A DNA stretch of 64,000 nucleotides from Podarcis cretensis (taxonomy: Eukaryota). The notes beneath the pieces were generated by a model. That model saw nothing but the letters and a program-made list of their open reading frames with translations. It ran no database searches and was not told the DNA's origin. Location: NCBI GenBank assembly GCA_951804945.1, contig OX638156.1:51894001-51958000 (forward strand), in the 5' to 3' direction. The position numbers were made by a program, and so were the translations under genes. Below are positions 59,978 to 64,000 of this stretch, piece by piece; position 1 is the first letter of the stretch; each line of letters opens with the position of its first letter.

Positions 59978-61545
59978 TTTATGAAAGTGACTTATGGTGA
60001 TCCTTCGCTGCTTTCATTGGGGTTTGCAGGGGGGGGGGAGAGAAATTATCAAAGCATTAAATTCGTTTGTGTAGCGTGATTTCTCTGTCTAGCTTAAATG
60101 AACTTGCACTGCAGCCTCTGAAATAGTTTTGCTTTGTGTCTTGCTAATCTACTTTAATTCACCTGATTTATCATGCAAATGCTAGAACTTTGATGTTGCT
60201 GATGATGTTCATGAACTAAAACTGTAATCGCTTTGGGCAGAGTGAAGCGTCAAGAGGAAATGCTTTATTGGAGAAGTGCTGAGGTTATAAGGATACTTGC
60301 AAATCCCAGCCCCTTTTCAGACTGTGTCTCTGTTATCTTTGTACAAAGTACTTGAAGAGATGAACTTCATTCCAGAGACGTCTTATTCATAAGGTGCAGC
60401 ACACTGTAGAAAGCATTTTTTTCCTCCTCCCAAAGATTTTGCACAAATAATCCCGAACGATTTCATTTAATTGGGAGCCAGCCTAAGAAATAACAATTTT
60501 AAAAAATTAAATTAAGAAGGAAGCAGGCCACAGTTTTGACAGACAGACATTTCCAAGAAGGTGGCATTAAGAACTGCCATGCAGCATTTGGAAAGTTACT
60601 GCCTTTATTAGACCACTGTAGATGTTGCTAAAAGAGGGTTATATTTTTTATTTTTGCAAAGAGAAATGTACACGCCTTCCCCTCTAACCTAGCTAAACTG
60701 CACCTTGAAGATTTGTGACATAGTTTTTTTTTATTGTTGTTTTTAATTATTAATATTTTCCAGTGAGAAAACTGCCAACTTACATCTTCCCCACTCCCCT
60801 GCAGTACTGTGTCTCAAGGACCTGTAAGGTATCATTTTTATATTAAAAACAAACCAACAAACTCTTACTGTATTGAGGTAGTTGCTAGACTTGGTATGGG
60901 CTTTACACTATGCAGTTAAACTGGTGCTATTTTTATTTTCATAATGTGAATACAGACAGGAACACACACACACACACGAGTCAAGAAAGAGGGAGAAACT
61001 TGTGAAAGAAGTAAACAGTTGCCTGTCTAAACCTAACACGGAGAGTGCAGGATGGTGTTCTGACAATGCTCCTCCTGTGACGCTAAGACTCTGCAGTGTA
61101 TGCAGCAAAGGTTACATCTTGAGGCTTGAATCTCAGGTGCAAAAGGCGACTTGGAGGATAATCAGCTGTTAATAGGGACCTCCATGTTTGAGAAAGAGGA
61201 GGAGACAATGCACTGAAGGGGTTAAGGGGGGCACGCTCTCAGAGTACTTTGCGTGTGTCTTGGAAACTATATGTGTTTCATTTTTTTTAAGGAATTAAAT
61301 GGCTTTATCCTGTTAATATGTACCTTTACAGTTCTTTGTGTAAAAAAAAAAAAAGTAGGTTAATTATACGTCAGGTGCAATGCATTATGTTAAAAGTTTT
61401 TATTTTGATATTTGTCAGAGAACAGAGAAAAGTACAGAAGATGCCATTTTTTAAATAATAAAAAAGATGTTGTAAAGGTGCTATTTGAGCGCCTCTGCCT
61501 CTTTTAATATTGTTGAATAAAGTATGAGATGAACATAATGCTGTG
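59978..61545 (+). other. ZNF469: ZNF469 3' UTR (end approximate)
   Basis: AT-rich, repeat-free sequence after the stop; AATAAA at 61457 and 61516, followed by a GU-rich stretch. Confidence 0.7.
61516..61521 (+). terminator. Polyadenylation signal (alternative at 61457-61462)
   Basis: AATAAA with downstream ctgtggtactgt. Confidence 0.6.
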
Positions 61546-62473
61546 GTACTGTAAAACGGGGCCCGGATTTATCTTCTCAAATATAGTCCAATATTTTCAC
61601 AGAAGCTCACCGGTCTGTGTGGCGTTTTTCAGACAGTCTGCCTTCTATTCATTTCTCGTCCTTTGGGGATGCAGTGAGCGTGGGAAGGTGGTTCCCTGGT
61701 AGGCAGGACTGGGCTCCCATGTAACAACTGAAATTGCGTTACAGGGCGTTGGACTAGATGACCCTTGGGGTCTCTTCCAACTCTACAGCTCTAGGATTCT
61801 GGCTTAGTGTTCTTCTGTTAACAAAGAGCAGCCAGCACATGACTTGGGATGTTGTGATGCCATTGTCAAATAATAGAAAAGGTTTTCAGATGACTTTCAG
61901 ATGACACCTCGGTTACCCAAGAGCAGATCTTCCATTTTCAGAGACAATGGAAAGTTGTGGTGCTAACATGTCACTCTGAGCCCTAAGAGGAAGGGCAGCA
62001 TGGTACAATAACCAGCCCTCACTCCCACTTGCACTGCTAATGTTCTCCAGCATGCTTGGCCCACAGTTTATTTGTGCTTCTACAACATACCCCAGCATTT
62101 CTGAACACTGATTGTCTGGGCTTTGCTATGCGAGTCTTAATCCTTGGCTGCTTGGCTCCCTGATGGACATCACCCTGACTCCTGTTTCCTAACTCCACCC
62201 TTCACACATCTCTTCCTATCCCTGAAATGCTGTACTTAAAATATCCCCAAATCTGCTTCCCAGCATCCCAAATGCAACACAATTAATCACATGTGCCCTA
62301 ATTCTGTCCGTGAGCAATCCCCTGTACAGAGAAGGGAGGAGCAGCTTTGGCTTCCCTTGGTGACTGTCCACTCCCCTGTATTCTCAAGGGGGCTTTGTTG
62401 CATCATGAGCCACTGTCTCAGCTTGTCAGGTTTAGCAAGAGGAGCATTCTGTTGCATTAGTGGAATGCAGAAA

Positions 62474-62474
<1 letters not shown>

Positions 62475-62520
<46 letters not shown>
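62475..62520 (+). repeat. (TAA)15 microsatellite
   Basis: Read directly. Confidence 0.95.
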
Positions 62521-62522
<2 letters not shown>

Positions 62523-64000
62523 CAGCACTTGGTAGAGAAAAGCTTGTCCAGGACCCTCCTGGTCAGTCTGCCTTTGTCCTCAAGATGACCTCTGTGTGAG
62601 TCTCCCTGAGTTCCAAAGGCACGGAGGCCGCCGCAAAGCGACGGGTATATTATATTCTTTAATTACTGTTGCAATCATAACATTTAAACACTGTCAATGA
62701 GAGATAGCTCATAACCGCAGGCTAGAATCCTGCCACTTGGGGCTTGTAACTCAAACTGCAGGATTAATTTGATTAATTGATAGAATTATTTTCCAAACCA
62801 CTCTTTTGTTTATGGCGGCTTTAAATGCTCACCGCCCGCACCCTCCCTGAGTGTTGCGAAGGAGAGATAAAGCCAGCTGAAAATAATTAGTATGGCTTAA
62901 TTTAGGGAGGGGGGGGCGTGAGGAAATAACCTCAAAAAGAATTTTGTCAGGAAATTTACAGCGGCGCATATTTTGCAAGCGGGTGCCGGGAGGAAATATG
63001 ACGGGCTTGAAAATGGAACTCTGGCGCCGCGTCTCTGATATATTTCGCTGTGGATATAAAAGCATCAGGCAGAGGCATAGTTTGTACCTGCTTGTTCCAG
63101 ATTTCTCCCTCCTCCAGATTAATAGCATTAAGTGCTTTTGAAAACAACAGGCTCCCGTGGAAGGAAGTCCTCCGGCAGGCTTAGAAACAGCCACTTCCAG
63201 GTGGCCAGTGACATTTGAAAGCAGCTGGGATCTCATGTTCCTTATCTTATCTGATTATTTTTTTAAAAAGAAAAATATATACTAGGAGAGTGGCAGCTCA
63301 AGCTGTCCTGTAAGCCACACCCAGCCAACGTTTCTTCTTCTCCTGACCGTTTGGGAGCACCAGCTGGGATTACTCAGCAACAAAGAGAAGGCACTCTGTG
63401 TGCGCTTTGGCGCACCCTCGGCTATTACTTCCCATTTTCCCAAATGAAACAGGTTCTGGAGTTAAGCCCCGTCAAGTTAACCCTGCTGTTGTCTTCATGT
63501 TGTGTTTGCAGGGCTCCAGCAGGAAACGGATGCTGGCCTAGATGAGTCCTTGCTCTGATCTAGCATGGCTCATCTAAGACTGGCCTCTTAGTCCTAACAG
63601 GGCCCTGCCCCACCAGCCTGTAAGTCAGCCAGCCTTCACTTTCCTACCTTCTTGCTTTCAACGAGTCCAGGCGGTGGCACTCCCTGTCCTACCTCCCCAT
63701 TCTTAGTCTCACTGTTGCCCTTGTAGAACTCAGCAAAGAGGAGAAGGGTGGAGACAAAGCCTGAATGAGTTGGCTCTGCCTATCTTTGGCTCCCTGCCTT
63801 CTGCCCTACCAGTTGCCAAAACAGTTCTTATGAAGGGTTGCAGGGAAATCTCAGCACCTATGAGCAGAAAACACGCTAGAGAGCCCTTGAGGAGACACCC
63901 AGGAGAACCAGCCCATCTTTCATCTCATTGCTGTGTAGCTGTGCAATTGAGAGACAACGTCCTGGCCCTTGTCACCAGCCGATGAACTCATGCTCAGGTT

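Noticed and set aside
60874-60882. let-7-like TGAGGTAGT
   Set aside because: Only 9 nt, in the same sense as the miRNA so not a target site, and no precursor hairpin is evident.

Overview
Vertebrate genomic DNA, most likely from a squamate (lacertid-type lizard), judged from the SINE, CR1, L1 and MITE content. The only host protein-coding gene is ZNF469 on the + strand. It has one giant coding exon: acceptor at 47025/47026, ATG at 47228, stop at 59977, about 4249 aa, and a 3' UTR to about 61540. The 47 kb upstream is repeat-rich non-coding sequence with two assembly gaps. It holds two young 5'-truncated L1-clade LINEs with intact target-site duplications (TSDs), many CR1 3' fragments, several SINE families, hAT/Tc2/Harbinger-like MITEs, decayed Penelope termini, microsatellites and several enhancer-like islands (CTCF sites, a GATA cluster). 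Almost all short ORFs in the track are spurious. I see no unambiguous new biological system. The best leads are: both L1s sit on or next to hAT-MITE termini, and one forms a SINE>MITE>L1 nest; the two otherwise divergent L1 3' UTRs share a motif; the ZNF469 5' leader is dense in uORFs; there are hammerhead-ribozyme remnants; and the 3' UTR has miR-29 sites. Boundaries of old repeats are approximate, read by eye.
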